A stretch of 64,000 nt of DNA from Limisphaerales bacterium (GTDB lineage Bacteria > Verrucomicrobiota > Verrucomicrobiia > Limisphaerales > Palsa-1400): NCBI GenBank assembly GCA_052139695.1, contig JBKQWF010000019.1:24570-88569 (forward strand), written 5' to 3'. The position numbers and the translations under genes are program-made. The notes below the pieces were generated by a model. The model worked only from the letters and a program-made list of their open reading frames with translations, did not search any database and was not told the origin of the DNA. Shown in pieces: positions 48,847 to 57,956 of this stretch (the first letter of the stretch is position 1; every line of letters begins with the position of its first letter).

Positions 48847-49653
48847 TCACTGCCCGGCGTCCGTGCTCAGAATTCCCTCATCCTCAACCCGCTTCCAATC
48901 GTTGCCGAGGTTATACGCTTTGATTCTCCTCGCGAGGCGCGGAGTGTTGGCCCCTAAGTTGCGTTCATAAACAACCCCGTCCTGACCTGCGATGAAGGTC
49001 ATGACGCCCGACTTGTCCCAGCGTTCAGGGTAAGCCAGCAGTGCGAATCCGTTTTCAAAGCGTCCGTCATGCACATAATTCTTTCTCCCTCCGGGCGCGG
49101 CCGGCCCTTGCCTGGTCAATACTCGAAAATAGTAACCGTGGGCGGGATGGGGAGCCACCGTGGCATCATCCACACTGGCGCCTAGATGCTGTTCGCTGGC
49201 GTAAGCATGGCAAATTGCAATGGCGTGAAGCTCATCTTTCCCGATATGGCGAATGACGATTTCCTCTTTCCCGGCGGCCGTGTCAAAATGCCATTGTCCA
49301 TTGGATTTTACCAACGAGATTGGCATCGGCCAATGATTGGTTCCTACTTCGAGAATGACCTTGTCGCTCCCTTCCGGCACGGGATTGCAGGCTGCCGCAA
49401 GGTTGGCGGCAAATTTTTCTTCGTTTTTCGCATCCTGGGCGCGGTCGCCCGTTAGAAGTTGATCGAACTCTGGACCGAAGATTGCGCGCAAAGCGCCTTT
49501 ATCTTTAGCGCTCTCAGCCGTCCGCAGGGCGCTAATCGCCTCTCCTGGCGAGGAGAATGTTCGTTGCCCTGACGCTGGCTCCGGTTCCTGCCCCAAAAGG
49601 TGCCCCGCCGCGGCGCAGCCGAGGATAGCCAGGAGGGTGATAAGGCTTTTCAT
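48847..49653 (-). CDS. DUF2950 family protein
   Basis: F-x-SP-x-EA, WPMPI-x-LVK, W-x-FDT-x-AG-x-EEI-x-x-RHIG-x-DEL, HGYYFRVL-x-x-QG, GVMTFI. Confidence 0.88.
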   Translation of the reverse strand: MKSLITLLAILGCAAAGHLLGQEPEPASGQRTFSSPGEAISALRTAESAKDKGALRAIFGPEFDQLLTGDRAQDAKNEEKFAANLAAACNPVPEGSDKVILEVGTNHWPMPISLVKSNGQWHFDTAAGKEEIVIRHIGKDELHAIAICHAYASEQHLGASVDDATVAPHPAHGYYFRVLTRQGPAAPGGRKNYVHDGRFENGFALLAYPERWDKSGVMTFIAGQDGVVYERNLGANTPRLARRIKAYNLGNDWKRVEDEGILSTDAGQ

Positions 49654-49895
49654 CTTCTGTGTCCTCCTCCATGAGCGAACCCGTGGCTCCGAAAGCCCCG
49701 GTCATGGAACGCATGGACGTCCCTGCCGCGGGCGTAGAAATCTCCATAAAAATAAGGGCCTGGCACTGGATCAACTGCGACCACGCCGCCGTCGCCGTCG
49801 CCGTCAACGTACCCGACGCAGCCGGGCAGCAACAGCACAAGCGCCGCCGCGAAACCCGCCTTTATGCAATTGACAATAGCCCCTTTCATTCTCAT
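49650..49895 (-). CDS. Small Gly/His-rich lipoprotein
   Basis: LLLPGC lipobox; overlaps both neighbours by 4 nt. Confidence 0.7.
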   Translation of the reverse strand: MRMKGAIVNCIKAGFAAALVLLLPGCVGYVDGDGDGGVVAVDPVPGPYFYGDFYARGRDVHAFHDRGFRSHGFAHGGGHRR

Positions 49896-50347
49896 TTCCC
49901 ATTCTTCGCCCTGGTTCTGGCGGCTTTTCGCACGGAAGCGGACCGTTCGCCGGAGGTTCTTTTCCTGCCGCTTTGATGAGTTTGGCGGGAAATGGCGCTG
50001 GTTGAGGCTGCGCGATGCCCTTCACGCCGCAAGGCCGCGGTGACGGCGCGCGAACGCTTGCGGGAAGACCGTTCCTGGCCGCGCTGGCCCTTTTCGTAGT
50101 CGCGTTCCGCGCGGCGGCGCACTGATTCACTCGCCCGACCTCTTTTCGGAGGACCCAGCCTGACTCCCGCGCGACGGGCTTTGGAAAGACCAATGGCAAT
50201 GGCCTGCTTGGTGGAGCGGGCGCCGTGCTTCCCTTCGCGGACATGATGAAACTCCTCGCGGACGAATTCGCCGGCCTGGGTTGAGGGCGCCTTGCCTGCC
50301 CTCTCATCTTCCCGCGCCCGCCCGGATGGATCTGATTTGATTGTCAT
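49892..50347 (-). CDS. Basic Arg-rich protein (DUF6496-like)
   Basis: QAGEFVREE...GKHGARS-x-KQAIAIGLSKARRAGV. Confidence 0.8.
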   Translation of the reverse strand: MTIKSDPSGRAREDERAGKAPSTQAGEFVREEFHHVREGKHGARSTKQAIAIGLSKARRAGVRLGPPKRGRASESVRRRAERDYEKGQRGQERSSRKRSRAVTAALRREGHRAASTSAISRQTHQSGRKRTSGERSASVRKAARTRAKNGK

Positions 50348-50358
50348 AACGACCTTTT

Positions 50359-50374
50359 AGCGAGTTCCGTGCCA
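50359..50374 (-). promoter_or_regulatory. sigma54-like -24/-12 motif
   Basis: TGGCACGGAACTCGCT: perfect -24 box, exact spacing, 11 nt before ATG 50347. Confidence 0.5.
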
Positions 50375-50477
50375 ACAGTTTTGTAGAGCATTCCTTGCCC
50401 AGGAAAGTGTGGGTTGGCATTTCATTAGGAGTAACTTGCCTCGGCAAGCGGGGTCCAAGGCTCGACAACTGCAAAAT

Positions 50478-50547
50478 CGCGCAGAGGGGCGGAGCGCGCA
50501 GAGAAATCTTTTTTTGTTTTACTCCGCCAGCTCTGCGGCTCTGCGCG
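50478..50547. repeat. Palindromic CGCAGAG/CTCTGCG intergenic repeat element
   Basis: Two CGCGCAGAG copies, T-rich spacer, two CTCTGCG copies. Confidence 0.75.
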
Positions 50548-50671
50548 AGGATTTCTCCGTTTGTAATTTTGCCGAGGCAGAAAGTGCATTTTGCCTTAGG
50601 AAAGCTGGGTGTTGAGTGCAAGTTGCGCGGCAAGGGCTTGGTTTCGGGGGGGGGAAATCAGAATCGGAGCT

Positions 50672-50687
50672 TGGCACGAGGATAGCT
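50672..50687 (+). promoter_or_regulatory. sigma54-like -24/-12 motif
   Basis: TGGCACGAGGATAGCT: perfect -24 box, exact spacing, 15 nt before ATG 50703. Confidence 0.5.
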
Positions 50688-50702
50688 AAGGCACTGCCTA
50701 TT

Positions 50703-50909
50703 ATGAGACAGATTATTGGAATCGCATTTCTTGTGGCAGGAATTGTTCTGCTCTGCCTGGCGTGGAACTCCTACCATTCCGCTGCTTCGGGCGTGTCGCG
50801 GGTCCTGACCGGAACATCGACAGATAAGACTCTTTGGCTGGTCGTGGGCGGGGTCCTTGGGACCCTCGTCGGACTTGGCGGGCTGCTCACCGGGTCGCGA
50901 AAGGCTTGA
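50703..50909 (+). CDS. DUF3185 family small membrane protein
   Basis: GIAFLVAGIVLL...S-x-x-SGVSRVLTG-x-x-TDKTLWL. Confidence 0.88.
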   Translation: MRQIIGIAFLVAGIVLLCLAWNSYHSAASGVSRVLTGTSTDKTLWLVVGGVLGTLVGLGGLLTGSRKA

Positions 50910-50912
50910 TTG

Positions 50913-51128
50913 GTTTGTCCATGCCATAGTTTTTAAAGCTCCTTTGATGAGGGTTAAGGTTGAACCGCTGGCCGACGCGCCTTTGGCCAGCGCGGCGGCG
51001 GTAATGGTTTTCGTTAGAGCCGCAGGCGCAGCTTGGACGGAATGGGCAGAGATGGCCCCCGCAATCACCACACCGGAAAATGTCAGGCCGCGCCTGGAGA
51101 AAAAGATGCGTAACTTGTCCAACGCCAA
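50913..51128 (-). pseudogene. Relic of an ECF sigma factor C-terminal extension
   Basis: LDKLRIFFSRRGLTFSGVVIAGAISAHSVQAAP...LTLIKGALKTMAWT resembles the post-sigma4 segment of long PVC ECFs; sigma2/sigma4 domains are absent. Confidence 0.7.
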
Positions 51129-51181
51129 AAAAAGCCAAAGACTTTCTCGACATCCGCATCCAAGACTTTTATGTCAACTTG

Positions 51182-51769
51182 GTGGAAGCCAGCAAAGTTC
51201 TGGCGATTGCCTCCGGCGTCGCCTACACCGTTGCCTATCTCGACTACAACCGCCAAGTCGTTAAGGGCGCGACCAGGCCGAATGGCGCCACCTGGCTCAT
51301 TTGGTCTGTCATCGCGGGGGTGAGCACTACAAGCTATCTGAAGGCGTCAGGGGACGTTTGGAAAAGCGTCATCCCGATCATCAACATCTGCTTGTGCCTG
51401 GCGACATTCGTGCTTGCGGTCAGCCTCAAGAAATTCAAGCAGCCCGACCCGATGGATTTCATTGCTCTCCTCATTGGTGCCATAGCGGTGGTCGTCTGGA
51501 AACAGTACGGCTCCGCGAAATACGCCAACTTAATCGTCCAGTTCGCCATTCTCTCCGGGTTTATTCCCACATGGCGAGCGATCAGGGCAGACCCGTGGTG
51601 TGAACAACCAAGGCCGTGGTGGCTATGGACGACAGGTTATTTCCTGGCGGGCGTCGTGGTGCTACTGCGATGGAACGGCCAATGGTTTGACCTTGTTTAT
51701 CCTGTCAACTGCGCCCTCCTCCATTCATCCGTGCCGCTTGTGGGAGAGGCGAAACGACCTGCATGCTAA
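51182..51769 (+). CDS. Hypothetical multi-TM membrane protein
   Basis: Y-x-x-Y-x-x-QVVKG-x-x-RPN-x-ATWLIW, IPTW-x-x-x-x-x-DP-x-x-E-x-x-x-PW. Confidence 0.7.
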   Translation: MEASKVLAIASGVAYTVAYLDYNRQVVKGATRPNGATWLIWSVIAGVSTTSYLKASGDVWKSVIPIINICLCLATFVLAVSLKKFKQPDPMDFIALLIGAIAVVVWKQYGSAKYANLIVQFAILSGFIPTWRAIRADPWCEQPRPWWLWTTGYFLAGVVVLLRWNGQWFDLVYPVNCALLHSSVPLVGEAKRPAC

Positions 51770-54123
51770 TCTCGTGCGACCGGCCCCTCCAGGCGGAATT
51801 CGTCCGGATACAAACCGAAATCACCCACCGGAATTCGGGCAAAGCCTGGGCGGTTCAGGAGTGGGTTGCCGGGCTTCAGCGCTGTATCGCCGTGCGCCAA
51901 GACTGTGTTTTCTTCAGTCTCCATTGCTTTGGACGGGTGGCGGAGCAACTCGCCGCACCCAATCAGCAAATTGCGATAGACTGCGTTACTGGTGACATTC
52001 TCCTTGAGCGTGGCGAGGGCGGGATAGCGGCGCAGGTAAAGGGCGGCGTCAATCTGGTTGTTGGTCAGGTATGGCGCGGTCCATTCCCGCCAATGTTCCG
52101 GTTCCCAGGAACCGATGCTGATGGCGGCGGCGCATTCGATAAACAAATTGTTGTCAATGACGTTGTCCTTGCCGCCATTGATTTGCACGCCGCCAAAGCC
52201 GTCCTTTCCGGTGGAACAACGCTGCAGGACGTTGCCATAAATCAGCGTGCCGGGAATGGCGTCGTCCAGCCGGATGCCGGCCCGGCCGCATTTGGCCGTC
52301 ATGCCGTTGCCTTGGCCGCCGATGTCGTGCCAATAGTTAAAACGATAGACGTTGCCGCGGAAGGTCGGATCGCCAAACATGTCCACGCCGCCTTGATCGT
52401 CGGATTCGAGGACGGCGTTAAACACCTCGTTATATTCGATGATAATGTCGTTGCCGCCGACGTTGAGGGCACTGCTCAAGACGTCGTGCAGGCGGTTGTG
52501 GGCGATGCGGATGCCAACTCCTCCAAGGGCAATGGCGGGGGTGTAAGTGTGATCGATGCGGGAGAGGTCGTGAATATCGCAATTCTCGACGAAATGCTCC
52601 GCGGGGGCGAGTGTCTTGCGGTCGCCGCCATGTAGCGCCACGCCGCCGCGGCCCATGGAGTAAATGTCGCAGGAGAGCAGGCCGTGCTTCTGGCCCCCCG
52701 TAATGGTGATTCCCGTTCCGGCGAACTTCCGCACCACGCAACCGGCGAAGAGGCAGTTGGAGCCGCCAGTCACATGGAGAGCGTCATGGCAGCCTAATTC
52801 CCAGGTGAGGCGTTCAAAGCGGACGTGCGAGGCGCCCTCGAGGTTGACCATTGGCTCGGCCAGGAGTGAGAGTTCCATCGATGCCTTCCCCGGATCGGAC
52901 GGTGGATAGAAAAACAAGCGCAGGCTTTGCCGGTCAAGGTAATACTCGCCGGGGCTGTCCAGTTCCCAAAGCGCGTTGACGGCGTAAAAATGCGCGCCGA
53001 TGCTGTAGCCGTACGTGTGCCACGGTTGCGCCAAGGTGATAAGGCGCTTTTGCGTGTCAATACTCTGGACGCGCTCGTAAGAATCCGCCCAGTCCCAAAA
53101 CCAGTAACCATAGAGAAGCAGGTCCGGTTCGCCGGCCCAGCGGGCAGGCCGGTCGCCTTCGTAGAAAAACTTCCCCACTTTGCTGCCTTCGCGGTCGTAA
53201 CCTTTCGTGCCATCCTTGACCGCGACATCGGCGACGCGCAAAAAGCCTTCATTCGGGCCGCGCGCCAGGGCCATTGCGCGGCCATTGAAAAACAACTCGT
53301 GGGCCGGATGGGTCTTGAATCCATGTCCGCTGGCAAACCCGCCCAGCTCCAATGGGAGGAGATTGGTGATGCCCGCCGTTTTCAGGTCCAACGCCAAGAC
53401 CTTTTTGGCCATGTTTGCCGGAAGGCGCTTCAAGATGGCCGGGTCAGCAACAGGTTGAAAGCCGTGAAGCGGAACCCCGCCGATGAACCGAGGCTTTTCG
53501 CCCGGGGCGGCGCGGTAGATGACCGGCGCTTGTTCCGTTCCCGAATCCTCCGCCGTAAGCGTGAGGGTATGTGTGACCTGATAATCGCCGCCATGCACGA
53601 GGATAACCGCGCTTCCCGCGGGAACGGAGCCACTTTTCCGCAATGACCGAATCCGGTCGCGCGCTCCTTCGAGCGAGGCCAGAGGCCGTTCCGCCGTGCC
53701 GGGGTTTGAGTCGGCGCCGCTGGGAGAGACATGCAGCGTCAGGCCAGGGGAGGGGGTTGGCGGCAAGCGCAAGCGGTTGGCATTCGTATCGCGCGCCGGC
53801 AAACCAGCCTCGCGCCGCTCAATTTCCTGGATGCGCTGACGAGCCTCGGCGACGTGGTGGTCCATCGCGTCCGGCAAGTTGATTACTTTGACCAGTTCCG
53901 CTTTTGCCGCGGCCAGTTGTCCCGCTTGCAGCAGCAAGTCCGCCGATTTGAATTGCGCGATGGCCTGCAGGGCCGGAGAAGTCTGGGCTGGTTTCACCTT
54001 GGGCGCCGTGGCGGCGCTGGCATGAACGCAGGCCGCCAAAAGCGCTGTTATCGTGAAGAGAAAACGGGCGACAGCCCGACCGCGTTGGCGCGCGATCGCG
54101 AAAGCGCTTCCAGCGAATTGCAT
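51766..54123 (-). CDS. Secreted right-handed parallel beta-helix protein (putative glycan-active enzyme)
   Basis: Signal peptide, LHVSPSGADSNPGT-x-x-x-P, LDSPGEYY, repeated IAHN/IEYN/YRFN beta-helix coils. Confidence 0.88.
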   Translation of the reverse strand: MQFAGSAFAIARQRGRAVARFLFTITALLAACVHASAATAPKVKPAQTSPALQAIAQFKSADLLLQAGQLAAAKAELVKVINLPDAMDHHVAEARQRIQEIERREAGLPARDTNANRLRLPPTPSPGLTLHVSPSGADSNPGTAERPLASLEGARDRIRSLRKSGSVPAGSAVILVHGGDYQVTHTLTLTAEDSGTEQAPVIYRAAPGEKPRFIGGVPLHGFQPVADPAILKRLPANMAKKVLALDLKTAGITNLLPLELGGFASGHGFKTHPAHELFFNGRAMALARGPNEGFLRVADVAVKDGTKGYDREGSKVGKFFYEGDRPARWAGEPDLLLYGYWFWDWADSYERVQSIDTQKRLITLAQPWHTYGYSIGAHFYAVNALWELDSPGEYYLDRQSLRLFFYPPSDPGKASMELSLLAEPMVNLEGASHVRFERLTWELGCHDALHVTGGSNCLFAGCVVRKFAGTGITITGGQKHGLLSCDIYSMGRGGVALHGGDRKTLAPAEHFVENCDIHDLSRIDHTYTPAIALGGVGIRIAHNRLHDVLSSALNVGGNDIIIEYNEVFNAVLESDDQGGVDMFGDPTFRGNVYRFNYWHDIGGQGNGMTAKCGRAGIRLDDAIPGTLIYGNVLQRCSTGKDGFGGVQINGGKDNVIDNNLFIECAAAISIGSWEPEHWREWTAPYLTNNQIDAALYLRRYPALATLKENVTSNAVYRNLLIGCGELLRHPSKAMETEENTVLAHGDTALKPGNPLLNRPGFARIPVGDFGLYPDEFRLEGPVARD

Positions 54124-54195
54124 GGCTTCACCTTTCATTGTCTCAAAGGGATTGCAAGGCTAATTGCGGTGCGACTTTGCCCCAGCCCACGGCTG

Positions 54196-54225
54196 TTTCG
54201 TCACGCTTAATCGGTGGTTCATCAC
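54196..54225 (+). promoter_or_regulatory. Candidate LytTR operator 1
   Basis: TTTCGTCAC-N12-GTTCATCAC (21-nt period). Confidence 0.5.
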
Positions 54226-54309
54226 TTGGCGTTGGAGTTTGCTGCGCATGCAGGCTTGGATTAGGCGTGTTCCTGCGTTATGAGAACTCTAGCCAATGAT
54301 TTGAAATCT

Positions 54310-54459
54310 GGGCGTCGGCAGCAACGTCCTACCACAATGCGGTGGGGCGACACTGCCGCGCCGCCCTAATATGAGTGGTGCGATTAAAACTGTTGGACAA
54401 GGTAGGGCGCGCACTCCGTTGCGCGCCTTCCCGGCGGCCAGCGGAGCGGCCGCCCCACC
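54310..54459. repeat. GTAG/GTGG-type REP-like cluster
   Basis: GGGCGTCGGCAGCAACGTCCTACC, GGTGGGGCGACACTGCCGCGCCGCCC, GGTAGGGCGCGC...GCGCGCC, GGCGGCC...GGCCGCCCCACC. Confidence 0.7.
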
Positions 54460-54540
54460 CTAAAATTCACCGACACTTTAATCGCACCCAAAGGTGAGAG
54501 ACAATTTGACTGGTTTTTCAATTGAGAATCGACTGATGCT

Positions 54541-55956
54541 TTGACCACCGGAACCGAAAACCCTGCGACAGAAGCGCCGCGCATGCCAGCCCAGCACCGG
54601 CGGTGGTGGGTTTTTTTTCTCGCCTGGACTGTATTTGTGGCGCTGGCAGTGTGGTGGTTGAAGGCGCGCGGCGAAATGCCGCAGTCCTATTCCAGTTGGT
54701 TTGGCGGTGGAAGCGCAACGGCAGGCACCACCCTGCTTGAGCGGGCCGGCAATTGGCTGAAATTGGCCGATCTGAACTTCCGCCGGATTTATCCATGGAT
54801 TTTGCTGGCGCCTTACGTGGTTTGGCTTGGCTCGCGCTTTCTTTTGGAACGCGGCCAGTGGAGAACCGGCATTCCGGCTCATTTGCTTGGGTGCGTGCTT
54901 TTCGCGATGGGCTGTCATGCCGTAGGCGAGTATGCCGATTGGTGGCGTCCCATTTTCATTTCGGTTTCAACCGTTGGAGGGGCGGATTTAACCGGAAAAC
55001 CAGGTCAAACCAATCAATTGACAACGACGAATTTCACGGTGGTCACGGGCAGCGCGCGGCAAGGCGCCATGTCCGCTGGAGGCGGCGGCTTCGGTCGTAT
55101 GAGCGGCGGCGGCGATGGGTTTCAGGCTGGGGCTGGAGCCGGTGTCGTTCTCCCGGAAGGAGTGGGCTTTAGCCGAAGGATTGTTTTGCGGCAACGCTTT
55201 TTGCCTGGCCCGCTCGATCTGCTGGACATGTTCGCTTATGCCAGCCTTGTTGGCATCGTGCAAACCGTCCAGTTCCATGGCCGGGTCAGAGAGCGGGAAA
55301 AGCGGGCGGCGGCGTCGGAGGCGCAACTGACCAAAGCGCGATTAGACGCGCTCCAGGCGCAGTTGCATCCGCACTTTTTGTTTAACGCGCTCAATGCCAT
55401 TTCGACTCTGCTGCGGAGTGACACTCGCGCGGCGCAGGATGCACTTGCCTCGTTTAGTGAACTGTTACGCCTGGCGCTTTGCCACTCAACGCATCCGGAA
55501 GTCACGCTGCGCGAAGACTTGGAGTTTCTCACGCGTTACATTGAAATTCAGCAAACCCGCCTGGGCGAACGCCTGCGCTTCGAACAAATCGTCGCGCCGG
55601 AGTTCCTGGACTGCCTTGTCCCAGCGCTCCTCCTGCAACCGCTGGTGGAAAACGCCATCCGCCACGGCATCGAACCTTCTCCCAGCCCCGGCGTGGTGCG
55701 CGTCGTGGTCCATGCGCCGGCGGAGCGTCTCGTCTTGACAGTGGAAGACAACGGCGCCGGCTTTTCCAGCAAGGAACAAGAGCGCCACGATGGCGTTGGC
55801 ATCGGCCTGCAAAACCTCAGGTCGCGCCTGGAAACACTGTACGGGGCGGCGCAGAGAATTGAATTTGGCCCGCGGCCGGAGGGCGGTGTGGCCGTTACCG
55901 TGGAGATTCCGCTGCGCCACGCGCCCCTGCCGCAGCCGGCCAATGCTGTGTCATGA
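54541..55956 (+). CDS. LytS/YpdA-type sensor histidine kinase
   Basis: TM region, LQAQLHPHFLFNALN, LQPLVENAIRHG, VEDNGAG, GIGLQN. Confidence 0.94.
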   Translation: MTTGTENPATEAPRMPAQHRRWWVFFLAWTVFVALAVWWLKARGEMPQSYSSWFGGGSATAGTTLLERAGNWLKLADLNFRRIYPWILLAPYVVWLGSRFLLERGQWRTGIPAHLLGCVLFAMGCHAVGEYADWWRPIFISVSTVGGADLTGKPGQTNQLTTTNFTVVTGSARQGAMSAGGGGFGRMSGGGDGFQAGAGAGVVLPEGVGFSRRIVLRQRFLPGPLDLLDMFAYASLVGIVQTVQFHGRVREREKRAAASEAQLTKARLDALQAQLHPHFLFNALNAISTLLRSDTRAAQDALASFSELLRLALCHSTHPEVTLREDLEFLTRYIEIQQTRLGERLRFEQIVAPEFLDCLVPALLLQPLVENAIRHGIEPSPSPGVVRVVVHAPAERLVLTVEDNGAGFSSKEQERHDGVGIGLQNLRSRLETLYGAAQRIEFGPRPEGGVAVTVEIPLRHAPLPQPANAVS

Positions 55957-56717
55957 GAATTCGCGCGATGATTGTCGATGATGAGCGGCTGGCGCGGGAG
56001 GGAATTAAAGCCTTTCTCGCCGAAGAAGCCGATGTGGAAATTGTGGGCGAATGCGCCGATGGCGAGGCGGCCGTCCGCGCCGTGGAAGAGCACCGTCCTG
56101 ATCTGCTGTTCCTGGATGTGCAAATGCCGCGCCTTAACGGCTTCGACGTTCTGGAGGCGATCCCGCCCGGGCTGATGCCGCTGGTGATTTTTACCACCGC
56201 CCATGACGAACATGCGATTCAGGCTTTCGAGGTCAACGCGTTGGATTATTTGCTCAAACCGTTCAAGCAAGCTCGCTTTAAAATGGCATTGCAACGAGTC
56301 CGAGAACATTTGACAGCGCGCACTGCCGCCGGAGCGGACCCGCGCCTGGCATCGCTTTTGGCTGGTTTGCAGGCTCCGGCAGGTGGAGGACTGAGAATTT
56401 TGGTCAAGTCGCCCGATCACATTCTGTTTTTGAAAGCGGAGGAAATCGACTATATCGAGGCGGCGGGCAATTACCTGGTCCTTCACGCTGGCAAAGACCG
56501 GCATATTGTGCGGGAGACGATGGCGGCCATGGAAGCGCGGCTCAGCCCCGCGGGCTTCATGCGCGTCAGCCGTTCTGCCATCGTTAACCTGAACCGCATC
56601 GGCCAATTGGAGCCGTTGGTCGCGCCAGGAGAATTCTGTTTGATTCTGAAGACTGGCGCGCGCCTGAACATGACCTGCAGTCTGTCAGAATTGCAGCGGC
56701 GGATGGGGGCGGCCTGA
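55953..56717 (+). CDS. LytTR family response regulator
   Basis: IVDDE, LFLDVQMP, AFEVNALDYLLKP; LytTR domain YIEAAGNY...FMRVSRSAIVN. Confidence 0.95.
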   Translation: MRIRAMIVDDERLAREGIKAFLAEEADVEIVGECADGEAAVRAVEEHRPDLLFLDVQMPRLNGFDVLEAIPPGLMPLVIFTTAHDEHAIQAFEVNALDYLLKPFKQARFKMALQRVREHLTARTAAGADPRLASLLAGLQAPAGGGLRILVKSPDHILFLKAEEIDYIEAAGNYLVLHAGKDRHIVRETMAAMEARLSPAGFMRVSRSAIVNLNRIGQLEPLVAPGEFCLILKTGARLNMTCSLSELQRRMGAA

Positions 56718-56724
56718 ATGAGAT

Positions 56725-56792
56725 ATTTGGGCGTTGCGGCAACAACGCCCTGCCTCAAGAATGGTGGGGCGGCGCTGCTGCGCCGCCCAAAT
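56725..56792. repeat. GTAG/GTGG-type REP-like pair
   Basis: ATTTGGGCGTTGCGGCAACAACGCCCTGCC...GGTGGGGCGGCGCTGCTGCGCCGCCCAAAT; same arrangement as 54310-54370. Confidence 0.7.
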
Positions 56793-56858
56793 GAGAGTTG
56801 GTTCGTCGGCTTTCGAATTCTGCCGCAATCCACCGGTTTTCTTCACCGCTCATTGCCA

Positions 56859-56888
56859 CCTCATCCCAATCCACCCCCGCCTCGTCAC
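56859..56888 (+). promoter_or_regulatory. Candidate LytTR operator 2
   Basis: CCTCATCCC-N12-CCTCGTCAC (21-nt period), same TCRTCMC core as operator 1. Confidence 0.5.
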
Positions 56889-56962
56889 ATGAGACCACCG
56901 CTGACCCGCGCCATGCCTTACAAGTTTCGCATGAAAACGAAGCACAAATCACAGGCAGAAAT

Positions 56963-57928
56963 ATGAAGACAAGACACATTGGCATCGCCCTTGCCGCCGT
57001 CGCCGTCGCGGGGCTTTGGTTTGGCCGGCTGGCGTGGCGCGCCCATCAGAATCTGGTGACGCTCCATGCCCGCAATATGCCACTGGCGGAGGTGGTGCGC
57101 TCATTGCGGCGGCAAACCTGGGAAAGGATTAAATTTGACAAGTCCATGAACGCGAAAATCACCCTCAATGTCAAAGACGCTCCGCTTGCGGCAGTTCTGG
57201 ATTTGGTGGCGGACCGGGCCGGCGCCCGATGGCAAAAAACCTGTGCCGTCGGCGCTTCCGATGGAGGGATGGCAAAGTTGGAGGCTGTTCTTGATGGCAT
57301 CGAGAAATTGGCCGAAGCCGGGTGGACAAACCTCGCGCCTCGTTTCCCTGACTTGGCGTTAGAAAATCCGCCTGGCTCCATCATAACCCAGAGCAGCATG
57401 GGCGGGGGGGCGGCGCCAGAGCACATTGAGGGAAAGCCCGGCATGATGCTCCATCGTGCGCTGCTTCCGGGTAGGATTTCCCCAAGTGGCAAAGCCGGTG
57501 AAGCGAGGGGTGGCGCGAGAATGGTCACCATTGGACCCGGCGGCACGATGGACCAATGGAGTTCTGAGCGCCTGGTTATGGAAAGCAGTTTGCTGCCTCT
57601 GCTGGGCGCTCAACTGCCTGAGGAGGCCACTCCGGAAACGGCGGCCCATGCCGCCTCCGCGGTCCACGGTCGAAGCCGCTTGTACTACGCGCTGGAAAGG
57701 TCCCCGTTTGACGGGGGACACATGTCGGGGGGCCGGGGGGCCTTGCCCGGTCCACGCAAGGCCGGGCTGGTTCACCCCGCGCCCGGTGACGCTTTCGCGA
57801 ACATGAAGCAGACGATGCAGCAGGGGAGATTGCGGGAGTTGAGCCGTTCGCCGGAGGCACAAGTCGAACGCGCTCGGCAACATGGCGCCAACAAGATGCG
57901 AATAGAAACCGACGTAGAGAGCAATTAG
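56963..57928 (+). CDS. Membrane-anchored hypothetical protein with a secretin-N/STN-like segment
   Basis: One TM, then VTLHARNMPLAEVVRSL...ITLNVKDAPLAAVLDLV. Confidence 0.65.
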   Translation: MKTRHIGIALAAVAVAGLWFGRLAWRAHQNLVTLHARNMPLAEVVRSLRRQTWERIKFDKSMNAKITLNVKDAPLAAVLDLVADRAGARWQKTCAVGASDGGMAKLEAVLDGIEKLAEAGWTNLAPRFPDLALENPPGSIITQSSMGGGAAPEHIEGKPGMMLHRALLPGRISPSGKAGEARGGARMVTIGPGGTMDQWSSERLVMESSLLPLLGAQLPEEATPETAAHAASAVHGRSRLYYALERSPFDGGHMSGGRGALPGPRKAGLVHPAPGDAFANMKQTMQQGRLRELSRSPEAQVERARQHGANKMRIETDVESN

Positions 57929-57956
57929 AGCGGCATAAACCAAGGAAATCAAAAGC

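Noticed and set aside
54227-54243. TGGCGTTGGAGTTTGC sigma54-like motif
   Set aside because: GG to GC spacing is off by one base.
54310-54459. CRISPR array
   Set aside because: Units are inverted, divergent and irregularly spaced; no cas genes.
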